Of a DNA stretch of 64,000 nucleotides, positions 26,003 through 38,685 are shown in pieces. Source of the DNA: Enoplolaimus lenunculus (taxonomy: Eukaryota); the NCBI GenBank assembly GCA_030248215.1, contig JASANG010003494.1, forward strand, positions 62,001-126,000, in the 5' to 3' direction. Each line of letters opens with the position of its first letter. The first letter of the stretch is position 1. The notes beneath the pieces are model-generated. The model saw only the letters and a program-made list of their open reading frames with translations, had not been told where the DNA came from and did not search any database. The position numbers were made by a program, and so were the translations under genes.

Positions 26003-26200
26003 TCGGCCGTTTTGAGATGGCTGGCTGACCCGGACCAGCCACTGGTTTCTCGGCCGTTTTGTGACGGCTGGCTGACCCGGACCAGCCACTGGTTTCTCGG
26101 CCGTTTTGTGACGGCTGGCTGACCCGGACCAGCCACTGGTTTCTCGGCCGTTTTGTGACGGCTGGCTGACCCGGACCAGCCACTGGTTTCTCGGCCGTTA
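26003..26200. repeat. 47-bp GC-rich tandem repeat, ~4 copies
   Basis: Unit tcggccgttttgtgacggctggctgacccggaccagccactggtttc. Confidence 0.9.
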
Positions 26201-26236
26201 TTACATCTAATATATAGTGTAAACTTTAAAATTTGT

Positions 26237-26443
26237 GGCCCATGTAAAAATCAGGGGCGGAACGTTTTTCTGTTTGACTAATATAGAATAACCTTAGGCT
26301 TTAGACTAATTTTTTGCTTCGCTTAGGCTTACGTTTAGGCTTAGGCTTAGTAATAAAGTTATTCTTACGGTTAGACTTAGGCTTAGGCTTAGGCTTAGGA
26401 ATATGCTTATAATACTGTACCGCCCCTGTTCTTTACATTGGCC
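26237..26443. mobile_element. Telomere-repeat MITE (subtype B); relatives at 45759-45948, 49497-49701, 54523-54715, 56950-57153 and others
   Basis: GGCCCATGTAAAAATCAGGGGCGG...CCGCCCCTGTTCTTTACATTGGCC; TSD aaatttgt/aagtttgt. Confidence 0.9.
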
Positions 26444-27544
26444 AAGTTTGTTAACTGTTTATTTGGATTTTGTTCAATAAATTTCACTCAACTTTCTCAC
26501 ACCCAAATCTAATATTCTGCCAGTGCTCTTGTATTCGCTTTTCAAAAAAACGTATCCTTTTTAAGAAAATATGTAAAAAAGCGGTGATAAATTTTAGCAA
26601 ATTTTAAATGTTAACGAAAGTTCAGCACTAATTTTTGTTATTTCAAACGATTTGAATTGGGACAAAACTAAAATTATCGAATTAAAAATAATGCTGTGAT
26701 TTTATCTTTGAAATTTTTGATATTAAATTTAATGTTCCCGTTCTCTACGGGGCTATCGATATCATATTTTGTGATCTTAAAGATAACGGTTCGAATGCAA
26801 AGATTGAAAAATAATATTTTTAATTTCTTACGGTCAAACTGCCTTTCTGGTGCATTTTTAGCATTGTACGGTTTACGAACATTAACGGAAAGTTTACCTT
26901 GAACTGATTTTATTTGTGTCAAATTGCTAGAAGGGGTAATAAAGGGGTCCCCATTTAGAGTCCTTGACAATAGCAGTCCGTACCCCTAATATGAGTCCGT
27001 ATGCGAATAAAACCCCTTAACTCTAATTAGAGTCCATAAAAGTCAATTATCCCAAATTGTAGTTCATAAAAGACTCCAGCACCAAATATAGTTGAGTTTC
27101 AAACATTAAAGCATACTTAGTTTTGAAAGTACATTCTTAAGTATAATCTAGTATTATTCGCTCAAGGTTTTGATCTAAGAGAAATAAACGTTTAATTCAA
27201 CTTAAGTTACAATACCGGATGTAACGAAGGGCGGTTTAAGAACAGATAACAGTCCGTATACCGCATAACGGGGAACCCGTTGGAGAGACCAAGTAAATAT
27301 CAGTCAACCCTCGTATTCGGATCACTACAGTACCGTAATTTAGACTTCGTTTTTGCTAATTTTTGAGATTATAATTTTACATAAAAGATTAACGCGCAAC
27401 AGCCGTGTAAACATTGGTGCAATTTCTTGGTTGAAAGCGTTCAGTACTGCAATTATTGCAATCACTTTGGTTAGTAAAAACTGTAATTTTTCAGGGAAAA
27501 TAATTGTATTTTATTCTATTTTACTCTCAAAAGCCTGTCGCAGT

Positions 27545-30500
27545 ATGTACAATTCGTTGCTGATAGGGTTTACCGTTTTGGTAAGTGATAATTTTTGGGT
27601 TTTTTTAACTTTTCTAATAACTTTAATTCTTACAAAACAATGGCTTATTCCAACTTTTGTGGGTTATGACAATTTAACGTCTGTAGTGAAACTAAACATC
27701 AGTGCCGGTATTCGCAAATGTATGACTTAATTTTCTCATTCGCTTGGTTTTGGCCCACAATGCGGGCCCGTAGTCAAACGGGGGCCAGAGGAGGTTCAGC
27801 CCTACCCTGGAAGACTTTGACCCGTCCAGAAAGTTTCCAGCTTTGCTCGTAAGTCAACGAAAACCCTTGTATTTCTTCCTGAAACAATGTTTAGCTACCT
27901 CTAGCACGGTAATGTGGCTTAGGAGAAAGCCACAATGACACTTTGCAAAATTTTTCAAGTAAATTTTGCAATTTCTCGAAAATTTACAGTATATTTTTTA
28001 GTTTTGAAATTTCTCTAAAATTGACTGAGTATATTTTTTAATTTTGAAATTTCTCTAAAATTGACTAAGTATATTTTTTAGTTTCGAAATTTCTCTAAAA
28101 TTGACTGAGTATATTTTTTAATTTTGAAATTTCTCTAAAATTGACAGTATCTATATTTTTCATTAATAATTTTTCTATTTCTTTTTTGAGGCAACTGCCG
28201 CCGCAATCGCGGTCGACAACGAAGTCATCGGCGAACCAGAAATCGAATGTAGCGCCGATCATGTTTTGGTCAATTTCAATACTCGAAATCCGTTTGAAGG
28301 TCATACGTACGTCAAAGGCCACTATATGACTGACGGATGTCGACGTGACGCAACAAATTCAAGATCAGCGTCAATTCAAGTTGGATTCAACTCGTGCGGT
28401 GTAAGAAGGCAAAGATCAGTAAGTATACAGCTGCGCCGACCAATGTTGCGTTTAACGGTGTAACGTTAGTTTAACCGCATTTCAAAGATAAGCCTAAAGC
28501 TAAGCCTTGACGTAAGTTTACGTCAAAAACTAAGCCTAATCCTGTAAATTTAAGGGCAAACGTTAGTCTAAACGAAATGTTTGTTCTGTTGCGCGCCCCT
28601 AAGAAGCCTGTAATCGTCTAATAGTCACCGAAGCGTAACCTAAACCAGAAGGAAGAGAAAACACTTGTTCTATTGCTGTCCCCCCGACAAAATAGGCAAT
28701 CCTTAAAATAAATAATTCGTCGATATACCTAAAACGGTATTTGCCTGTTTACCAGTTGGTGAAAACTGGTTAACCAATCGCATACGTTGACAGGCGTGGG
28801 TCTGAACTTCACACTGGGCCCGTGGCCAGCTCACCTTGCTTGACTGGGCTAAACATAACTCATAAGGGGCGTACAAAGGTATTCGGTGACTTACAAGCAG
28901 CGTTGAAAATTTTCTAAGAGCGCCAAAATTCTTTCAGGGGCGCTGAGCTACGCATCACCTCACCCACATTTGGCTCCGCTCGTCTCACGAAAATTGATTA
29001 TTGTTTCTATTAATATTTTTCTTGCATTTTTACATTGAAGGAATTTGTCTGCTCTGAACAAATCGAATCGTTTTCACCGATTAGTTTTTTCTTTTATTTC
29101 ATTTTGTTATATTTAATTGTTTTATTAATTTTATTGTTTAATGTTTATTAATTATTTTTATTTGCGTTTTTTATTCTAATTTTTCAGCTCAATCCTGCTG
29201 GTTTGTTTGTTATTGCGACCGTTGTAATAACGTTTCATCCACAATTTGTAACTAAAGTCGATCGAGCGTACAATGTCAAATGCTTTTACATGGAAACTGA
29301 CAAGACTGTGACGAGCGAACTTGGAGTCAGGTAAAATTTATATTTTATTAAAACTGGTACGGGCAACATACGTATTTTGGGCACCGTTCCTGCTGAGCAC
29401 TAAATATACTGACAAGTCGGTGACGAACGAACTTGGAGCCAGGTAAAATTTGTATTATTTAAACTGATACGGGAAACATACGTATTTTGGGCACCGTTCC
29501 TGCTCAGTACTAAATATACTGACAAGTCGGTGACGAACGAACTTGGAGCCAGGTAAAATTTATATTTTATTAAAACTGGCACGGGAAACATACGTATTTT
29601 GGGCACCGTTCCTGCTCAGTACTAAATATACTCACAAGTCGGTGACGAACGAACTTGGAGTCAGGTAAAATTTATATTTTATTAAAACTGGCACGGGAAA
29701 CATACGTATTTTGGGCACCGTTCCTGCTCAGTACTAAAGATAGTTTTTGAAACTACATAAACATGATAGATCAACCAAAGAATTTGTAACATGTAGATTC
29801 ATTGACCAACTTTGTACGTGCGAAAAGTATGTTTATGGAATGCATTCAAGTAGTGTTTATAGTTTGAGATAACATACGTGATTGGAAAGCGTTAGTTGCG
29901 CATAATACGTGCAACTACGCCTACCGGTTCAATTTATTTGTCATACCGAAGCGTATACCTTAAAATAAATATAGCGAATATCGCCTTGTTTAAAAGGTAT
30001 TGCCAAGGTTCGGCGTTGGGATACGCCGACCCTCTCCAAACAGGCTCGAGAAGGCCCCATTCAAATGTTTCACAGGTCTACACCTTCGTGGTCGCGAAAA
30101 AATATTTCGTTTGGCGAGAAGGGGCTCCAAGGGTAAGGACCCCCCAATGGGGTTCTGAAGAGGCACTTCCGCCGGCAATGGGTATTAGGGTTGTCCACAG
30201 AACATTATACATTGGGCACGGAATATTATTTTGGTGAGCCCCTACAATTGCAATTCAAATTTGTTTACTTTTAGATCGAGTCTACTTTAGGGACAGGGAT
30301 ACCAGTCAAATTTGGGGTTCAGCGTTCAATTCTCCCACGGGAATAGCCTTGCTGGGGTTACTACAACTTACAACAGCGATCAATGAAACATTTAAACATT
30401 CTCAAATTAAAATTTCTTTAAATTACACTTAAAATTTGTTCTTTAAATTGTTTTTGCAAGTCACAATACATCGTTGCGCATTTTTCCGACGCTATTTTTC

Positions 30501-33500
30501 GTGTTTTACGTTAAATAATGCAACGGAAGTAAAAAAAGTAATTGGTGATTTCCTGAAAAACGACCGTTTTTCAATTTAAATTTAACAAAATAAATACCAA
30601 TGAAATTTTGATAAATACTTCCGGGTTCAAATTTTTACTGTTTCTAATTGCTTTGTTTCCAAAACCAGTTCGAGGTGGTGATTAGTGGATGTTGCGATAA
30701 ATATCGTCAATTGTAAAAGCATTCATTGTTGAATGCAATCACACAAACTTGAGACAAGAAAACAGCTTCAAAACGTCTCAGCAGATTGGTCACCAACATT
30801 TTGGGCTTCGCATTAATTTAAAAATGTGCAACTAATGCGGGGTTCACGTTATAACCGGGGCAGGTGAGACACGGTTTGTCCCATGTTGATTCGACGCCAA
30901 CATTAAAATTTGGGCACTTATATCGGGTCAATAGACAAAACTCGAATGTCATATGACATTAGCATACAATCCACTGCTCTCAAATGATCAGTGTGTTCAA
31001 GGAACGGTATGTCACGTGACACTGTCGAACATTTATGCGAATATCATATGATATTCCAAAATTTCAACGAATATCATATGATATTCAGCGGGACAGTGTA
31101 ACCTTTGGGTACTAAGATATGAATGAAAAGTTGGACGGCATAGGCACAAACGTGCTTTAAATACCAAATACATGCCTGCAAATCGTTTCTGACACGAATT
31201 CGCTTAAAACCACAGCTTCATAGTTCAAAAATTCAAATTTCAAATTCTAATATCATATGATATTCAACAGGACTATTTCGGTATGTTACCTCAACTATGC
31301 AGACATTTGAAAATATATCATATGATATTCGCAGACAATACCTCGAATATCATATGATGTTGAAGGATAAAAGGTGACCTACACATGATAAGCAGACAAA
31401 TACGAGTTTGTGAATACGATATGGGGTCTACAAGCAGACAAAATGTTACCCAATAGTCTAATAGGGACAAAACGTGTCCCAAGCTGTCCCGGTTATAACG
31501 TGAACCCCGCATAAAGATGAACAATTTGAATATGAGCGTTGAAGTCATTTCATTTCTGAAGCAGGTTGCACAAACTGCACAATAATCTAAAATTACGCGG
31601 GTTATCAGCATTACTGCGCCGTCAACCACCGCCCTGGTTCATAACCCGGCCGGCTGTCATCTTGAACCGCTGTCTCAGTATTCAGAACGTTTTTCATGCC
31701 TACCGTCGGCACCGGCGGAAGCGCCCCCAAAATCCCAAATTAGTAGGAAACAATCCTTGGATGGGGGACATCCTGGCAAACTACAAATTTTTTACGGACC
31801 ACGAAGTTACAGAGCTGTGAATCATTTGATTGGAGCACCCATGAGCTGTTTGGGAGGGTGACTATCTTAACGCTGGCCCTGCCCGCAGTCGGTGCTCGTG
31901 CAACGCACTTATAAAACGGTAACGTCATCAAACAAACGCTGTGTTTATTGTACTAACCTCGTAAGTTCCCATATTATCAACGGTGTATAGCACCTATCGC
32001 CAGTTTGTAATAACTCTTGTAAGTATCGAACAACTGAATGGTGAGTTCAAAATTTAGCACATTTTTCGCATTTCCCGTGTTTTAATTCTGCAACGATTTT
32101 GAGTCTCCCAACTGCACAAATTCGTCAGTTTGAAAAGCTATTTCTAACGGGCGTTTGATAGATTGATAGATGCAGCCGGTAGCAGCACCATCCATACCGC
32201 CATTTGGGGGGATGCAACCCTAAAGGGGCCCCACCTTAACCAGATGAAACGAAAACCGCCGAAGTTTTGTAATACATCTGGCTTGATTGTAAATGGTTTT
32301 ACCTGAAATATGAGCGGTTTAGCAACTTTAAAAAATGTCAAAAAAGTTTCGCGCTGCGCGCGAAGGTTGATTCATTTCAAAGATGGCTTCACTTTCTAGA
32401 TGCACAATTTTTCAACTTTTGTAAGAAACTGTTTTTGGAAGCGTGTCTCCATAGCTATCAAACACAAGCGTGAGTTCGGACAACCTTAGATCAAACATCG
32501 ACAAATTTTCAAACATCGACAAATTTTGTATCCCCTTCTACGCTGGGGGCCCGCACCCTGGCTTTGGGGGGCCACCACCCCCTGTCTGCTCCGGCACTGA
32601 ACAGACTCTGCATTTTTCCATCATTAGCTCAAGCCACCGATAGTCAAGTATGATTTGATTGTTTCAGCATGTTAACAACTGCATTGTTGACACAAAACGT
32701 TCCAATGCCTGTATGCAAATACGAAGTGCGTCGTGACAATGCTGATGGAGACGTAGTGCGATTCGCAAGGATTGGCGATAAAGTCTTCCATAGATGGACT
32801 TGTGGTACTGAAACAGGTTAGCTTTGATTTGCTTGGAATAGCTTTTGTTTCAACATTTTCGGGTTACACTCAAAATAATAATTCTGATATTTAAGGAAAA
32901 ATTTCTTACATTTATGAAATATAATTAGCAAGGTGCACTTGAAAAGTATTTCTGTTATAACACAAAAGTATTTCTGTTATAACAGGAAAGTTTTCAAAAA
33001 AGTTTTGAAATAAAGTCTGAAAGTAAACGTTTTCCAGTTATTTTTAGAAAAATTGTCTTAAATATCACAAAAACTTTTCAGATTTGCCACAGAAAATACT
33101 TTTCTGAATAAATTCAGAAATACTTTTTTGTGTGTAGATTCTAATTTACCAGGAAGGGCGTTTAGCTCGTTGTCAGGCCTCAATATACGCGTAGAGCGAA
33201 CAGGATAAGCTGGAGGTGCTGAAACCGGTAAACTCTTGAGTAATGGGGTTTGGTGCGCCGAAGCAATGTAATCAAACGAGTCGGGTTTCAATTTTATGGA
33301 GCCGGCATGAGAACAATTATTGATGCCTGAAAATAGGCATAGGGTAGGTAGAAAGGAGACTTATGGTACTAAATCAGATAAACTTTATTATATACTTGGT
33401 TGGACCAATTTTCGAAGTGAATGATCTGTACCGTGCGAATTATCCTTTAAGGAAGGTTACATCACTCGTTTGGCCAATGTTACTTTAAACGGTGTAACAG

Positions 33501-36500
33501 AATATTAAGCGTATTCCTAAGCCTAAGCCTAAACCTAAGCGTTGCAAAAATGAATTCCTAAGCCTAAGCGTAAGCCTAAGCCTACGCCTAAGCAATAAAA
33601 TGTAATCTAGTATCTAAACCTAGTCTTTTATGGACCCACCCGAAACCTGGACGCCCCTTAAAGTAACATGGGCCCTTGGCGAGTTATCCTTTAAGGAAGG
33701 TTACATCACTCGTTTTAAGGTCAAAAGAAAGCTGTAGTGCAGGCAAACAGATTTCATGATGAAACTAGACAAACCTTATAGTCTCCGTAGTAGGCAAAAT
33801 TTTGAAATCATTTTTGAGTATTTTAACCCGCTTGTTTCCTTCATATCTTGCATGAAAGTAATTAATGCTGTGTATTGGTTTTGAGTGCGACGTTACAAAT
33901 GAAATTCAAAATTGCAATGAAATTGCAATTAATAAATTGTTTTTTGGTTAATTAAAAATTACAATAAAAGTGCAATTACTAAAATGGTTTTTTGGTTAAT
34001 TAAAAACTACAATAAAATTGCAATTACTAAAATTGTATTTGGTTAATTAAAAATTACAATAAAAGTGCAATTACTAAAATGGTTTTTTGGTTAATTAAAA
34101 ACTACAATAAAATTGCAATTACTAAAATGGTTTTTTGGTTAATTAAAAACTACAATAAAATTGCAATTACTGCACTGACCCGAATAAGAAGTGGGTAATA
34201 ATAGTGGGTCCCCGTTTACGGTTCGTTTCAATTCCAATATATCAGTAACGAAGCCGGCGGTGAGCGGGTTACAAATAAATAACAGTCCGTAACCGAATAA
34301 CAAGGGTACCCTCTGGAGAGGCCAAACAAATATCAGTCCGCCTTCTTATCCGGGTCACTACAGTACTAAAATTGTTTTTGGTTTTAATTAAAAATTACAA
34401 TAAAATTTCAATTACTGAAATTGGTTTTGGTTGTATTTTGAAATAGCAATTCAACAGTTACATAATGATTGTTATTTCAGCGTCCCACGCATATTTGGGC
34501 AGATTTTATTCACCATCCACATTGGAAAAACATTATTCTTAAGCTTACGAGTTAATATTATGCTTATTTTAGTTGATATCTTTTGCATGACTGTTCATAG
34601 TTGTTTTGTTGATAACGGCCAAGATGTCAAAGTCCAACTTCTCGACGAAAATGGGTATGTTGTATACAGTCAGCGTTTTGTTGGCGGATCCTAGGGGTGG
34701 CAACTGAAGCCTTGGTCGCCAACAAAACTCAACACCAAAATTTTGTATTATGATTTAGTACTAAAATTTGCCTTTTTATCTTTCACTGTCAGAAGCGAAG
34801 TCAGGGGTGAAATTTTCTAGCTATGAGAAGACAAGTGGAACAATATTGATTTCATTATTGAAATCAGTCATATTCCGCTGTACCGCAATAGTTTTTTGGT
34901 CATGGAGTACAATGACGCAAAATAATTCTTGTATAAAAGGGTCTGGACCCTCTCAAGGCCATTTCCCCACTGACTACGCACCTGTTCATTATTATGCATC
35001 GTTCGGTACTTGGTCAAAAAATTTTAGATCCACCACTGTCAGCGATATTTGTAGAATATCATGGTCGTACTTCTGTTGGCTGTCCTTCATTGTAACAGAG
35101 TGTTAGAATCTCACGGTCTCTTTGAACGTGAGATTTTACAACTCTGTCGTAATGGATGACAACCAACAAAGGTACTGTAACTACAAGCAAGGTCCAATTT
35201 GATAGGCAATATGTTTAAGACATTGTTGAAAGTTTAAATTTAATTCAGCAAATTTTTGCTATTTTCAACAACATCGTTTGAGATGGCTCCAGAGCCAGAG
35301 CAACGCTTTGCACGATCCGCACCTCCCCCCGCGTATGCGTACCCAAAGGTGTTTTCACAATATACCGAAGCCAGCGGCGGGGTAAGGCTAACGAAACTCC
35401 GCAGTGAATCGTGCTCCAGTTGATAACTGGAACAAATAGGCGTTTCAGATTGCTTCAGAGTCGGAGCAACGCTGCGCGTGCGAACCTGCCGCCCTTCGTA
35501 TGCGTACCCGAAGTCCGTCTCATAGGATACGCAAGCTAGCGGTGGGTTAAGGCAAATGCCCTTCCGTACTAAATTATAGTCCAGTCCAGCTGCAAACTAG
35601 GACCAGTAGGCGTTCAGGACACGATATATTATATTTGTTTCAGTTGCGCTCAAGACAAATATTTACTCCAAAACGTGCTGTACACCCACGATTTGACCGG
35701 TGGTCAAGAAACGCACGTATTTAAATTCGCTGATAAACCAACGCTTTTTTTCAACTGCCAAATTCGCCTCACACTTAAAGAAGCTGGAACTTGTCAGGTG
35801 AATTAAGTTATTAAATTTTGAAATTTTAATTGTGTAAAAAAATTTAGAAATTTTAATTTTGTAAAAATTTTCGAAATTTTAATTTTGTAAAAAATTTTGA
35901 AATTTTAATTTTGTAAAAAATTTTGAAATTTTAGTTTTGTAAAAAATTTTTGAAATTTTTATTTTGCAACAAATTTTGAAATTTTAATTTCGTAAAAAAA
36001 TTTTGAAATTTTAATTTTGTAAAAAAGTTTTGAAATTTTAATTTTGTAAAAAATTTCGAAATTTTAATTTTGTAAAAAAGTTTTAAAATTTTAATTTTGT
36101 AAAAATTTTTGAAATTTGAATTTTGTATAAAATGTTGAAATTTTAATTTTGTAAAAAAAGTTTGAAAGTTTAATTTTGTAAAGACATCAGTTAACTTTCA
36201 CAGAAATCGACTGAACATATCCCGTACTGGCGAGTTACACGGTGGGCCTGTTGAAATTTAGGCCGCTCTACAGAATAAAAAATATTTAAGTGTTCTAGGA
36301 ATCCGGTAAGAATTTTCAAGGTAGTCTCTGAAGTGACCATGCCCGTAGCCAGCTCATTTTGCTAGCAAACAATTTTCACGAGAGGCATACAAGGGTTTTC
36401 GATAACTTGTCGGCAAGGTTAAAAACTTTTCTAGGGGAGTGAAATTATTTCAGTTAGGCTGAGCCCTCTCTGGGCCCACATCTGGCTACGAGCCTGGAAA

Positions 36501-38667
36501 TGTCACGGTTTATATCAAGATGCAAGAACCGATTATAGCGCCCGCCCGTTGAACAGAATTATAGTTTTTTACTGAAAAAGTTATATTTATGGGTTAGCAG
36601 ATAGGCGACACCTAATGTCATTGGTTGGATATTAAAGCTGCAAAAACCGCGTAACTGATGAAAAATTTCACTAAGTTGCATCGTGGTTCCAAATTTGCTA
36701 TAATTCACCAAACTTTGAAAGCACTGGCTGGGTTTCCGAAATCTTGCTTAAGTATTTACTTAAGTTATACTTAAGCAATTACTTAGGTTGCCGACTTAAG
36801 TAAATTAAATTTTCGAGCAAAAGCAAATAAACGCCAAATGTCAGCCATTATCATAACATCATAACAAGAAAGTAATCGTTTTGCTTGTTATTAAAGCGGT
36901 ACACAATTCAATTTGACCAATAGTTTTTGATATCCGGTTGTACCCTGCAGCATATATACAATAAACTGCAGAAACGGTTTAGTTCTTTCCCTTAAAAAAT
37001 TAGCCAATGTATAAAACAACGCCGTAACAGTAGTATGAGCATATTTCTACACCTAAACCTAAGCCTAAGCGTAAAAATGAGCTTATACCGAAACCTAAGC
37101 CTAAGCATAGAAAAATAAGTAGTCCGCAGAAAAACGTTCCGCCGTTGATCTAAACATCGGCCGGCCCATGTAAACATTCATGTAAACATCAGATGCGGAA
37201 CATTTTTCTGTGGAACTAGAAAAGAGTAAGCTTAAGCTTTAGACTAATTTTTTGATTGGCTTAGGCTTAGGCTTAGGAATATGCTCATTCTTGTTTAAGC
37301 CCATCGGCCGAAGAATTTGTAATAAACATTAAATTATAACGTAAATATTTGACTTTATTTAATTTTCAGCGAACATCCGACAACTGTGCAGTACCAACAC
37401 GAGGCAAACGAATGGCACAGCTGCCGCGATCGCCTGAAGGAGTTAACGTCGACGTGTACACCGATGATATTATGGTGTTGTCTGATATTGGTGAAACTGT
37501 TACAGGTAAACACTCGACTGCAATTCTGCATCAAGGATATTTGCCATGGACGAAGCCAGGGTATTCAAAGAAGATACGTTCTATAAAAGTTTCGGCTAAT
37601 GTAAAGAACAGGGGCAGAACAGTATGATAAGCATATTCCTAAGCCTAAGCTTAAGCATAAGCATAAGCATAAGAATGAGCATATTCATAAGCCTAAGCGT
37701 AAGTCATGCAAACAAAAATAGTCTAAAGCTTAAGCTTACTCTATTGCAGTCCCACAAAAAACATTCCGCTCCTGATAGAAGGACCAAATTTTGGAATGGA
37801 GATTATTATGGCAAACAGATACCAGGTCCAAAACCCTCGAATAAAAATTCCAAGGGGGGGGGTGGGTTGATACGCGAAACCTTCTACATGGCGGCGCTTT
37901 TGACATTAACAGTTCGTCCACGCGTTTTAGAGTTAAGCCTAGTATATACGATTATTTAATTAAATGATAAAGTGGCATGTTAATGGATCTGTATATCGTT
38001 ATTTTAGCAAATTGACCAGAAAATATAATTTAACCCTTTCGCTCAGAGACTATACTATGAGCAACTAAATATAATAATGTACGTGCAATGCACACACTGT
38101 GAGCAGTGTTTAACATTTATAACACATACGCGCAGTGTTAAATCTCAACAAGACGTGAGAGCCCCCTCGGGCTCGAGCGTCAAGCTTCCTATAGCTCAGT
38201 GGTCATCGTAAACGCCTCCAACCAGTGAGACTGGGGTTCGAATCTCATCTTGAAATTACATCTCATGTGAAATTACAAATATTCATGTGAGAAGGGGTTA
38301 ATTGTTCAGATAAAAACAAAAACATTACACTTTTCTTCGTATATTATCAAACAATGTCTATCTAAACTAGGTTAAATTAATATTTTTAGAAAAAGATCTG
38401 TCTGCCGAACTAAATCTATTGCGCGAGCATCACGTATCCGGATTCAACTCTCCGGACGTTGCGTTCGTTAACGACTGGGAAATGTTCCACAACGGATACG
38501 CTGGTTCGCGTTCGTCTCAAGTTTGTCTCACACGTACAAGTTTCAGCGTACTGCTGGCCGCATTGTGTATGATTTTTGCGTTGAGTATATTCGGGTCAAT
38601 TGTATGCTGCTATCGATCAATGCGATCCGCGACCGCGGCAGCGTCCACCAAAAAGCCTGCTTTTTAA
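27545..38667 (+). CDS. Cuticlin (CUT-1-like ZP-domain protein), 401 aa; exons 27545-27580, 28191-28418, 29188-29330, 32668-32816, 34573-34654, 35644-35797, 37370-37505, 38390-38667
   Basis: All GT-AG junctions phase-compatible (1206 nt in total). Motifs [87 protein letters not shown] match nematode cuticlins; signal peptide, furin site RGKR, C-terminal TM helix. Exact paralog not assignable. Confidence 0.95.
27985..28160. repeat. AT-rich ~38-bp intronic minisatellite
   Basis: gtatatttttta(a/g)ttttgaaatttctctaaaattgact repeated 4-5 times. Confidence 0.8.
29297..29740. repeat. ~111-bp tandem repeat, 4 copies, spanning the 3' end of cuticlin exon 3 and its splice donor
   Basis: ctgacaag..gtgacga.cgaacttggag.cag|gtaaaattt... 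recurs at ~29297, 29409, 29519, 29630. Confidence 0.92.
30836..31512. mobile_element. TIR element in cuticlin intron 3; end fragment also at ~13830-13932
   Basis: ATGCGGGGTTCACGTTATAACCGGG ... CCCGGTTATAACGTGAACCCCGCAT; repeated internal palindrome ATATCATATGATAT. Confidence 0.8.
33915..34432. repeat. AT-rich ~48-bp minisatellite interrupted by a TA-flanked MITE
   Basis: tgcaattactaaaatggttttttggttaattaaaaactacaataaaat repeats, resuming after 34363. Confidence 0.8.
35812..36182. repeat. AT-rich ~28-30-bp minisatellite
   Basis: tgaaattttaattttgtaaaaaattt repeated ~13 times. Confidence 0.9.
38034..38297. mobile_element. piggyBac-like MITE; second copy at 60758-61022
   Basis: TTAA|CCCTTTC..TCA ... 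TGAGAA(A/G)GGG|TTAA in both copies, with homologous interiors. Confidence 0.85.
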
Positions 38668-38679
38668 GAGTTTATGTTG

Positions 38680-38685
38680 AATAAA
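38680..38685 (+). promoter_or_regulatory. Candidate polyadenylation signal of the cuticlin gene
   Basis: AATAAA 13 nt after the stop codon. Confidence 0.5.

Noticed and set aside
31566..31931. GC-richer stretch with YKFFTDHEV, faintly like a Gypsy RNase H motif
   Set aside because: Too short; no other retroelement motifs or LTRs
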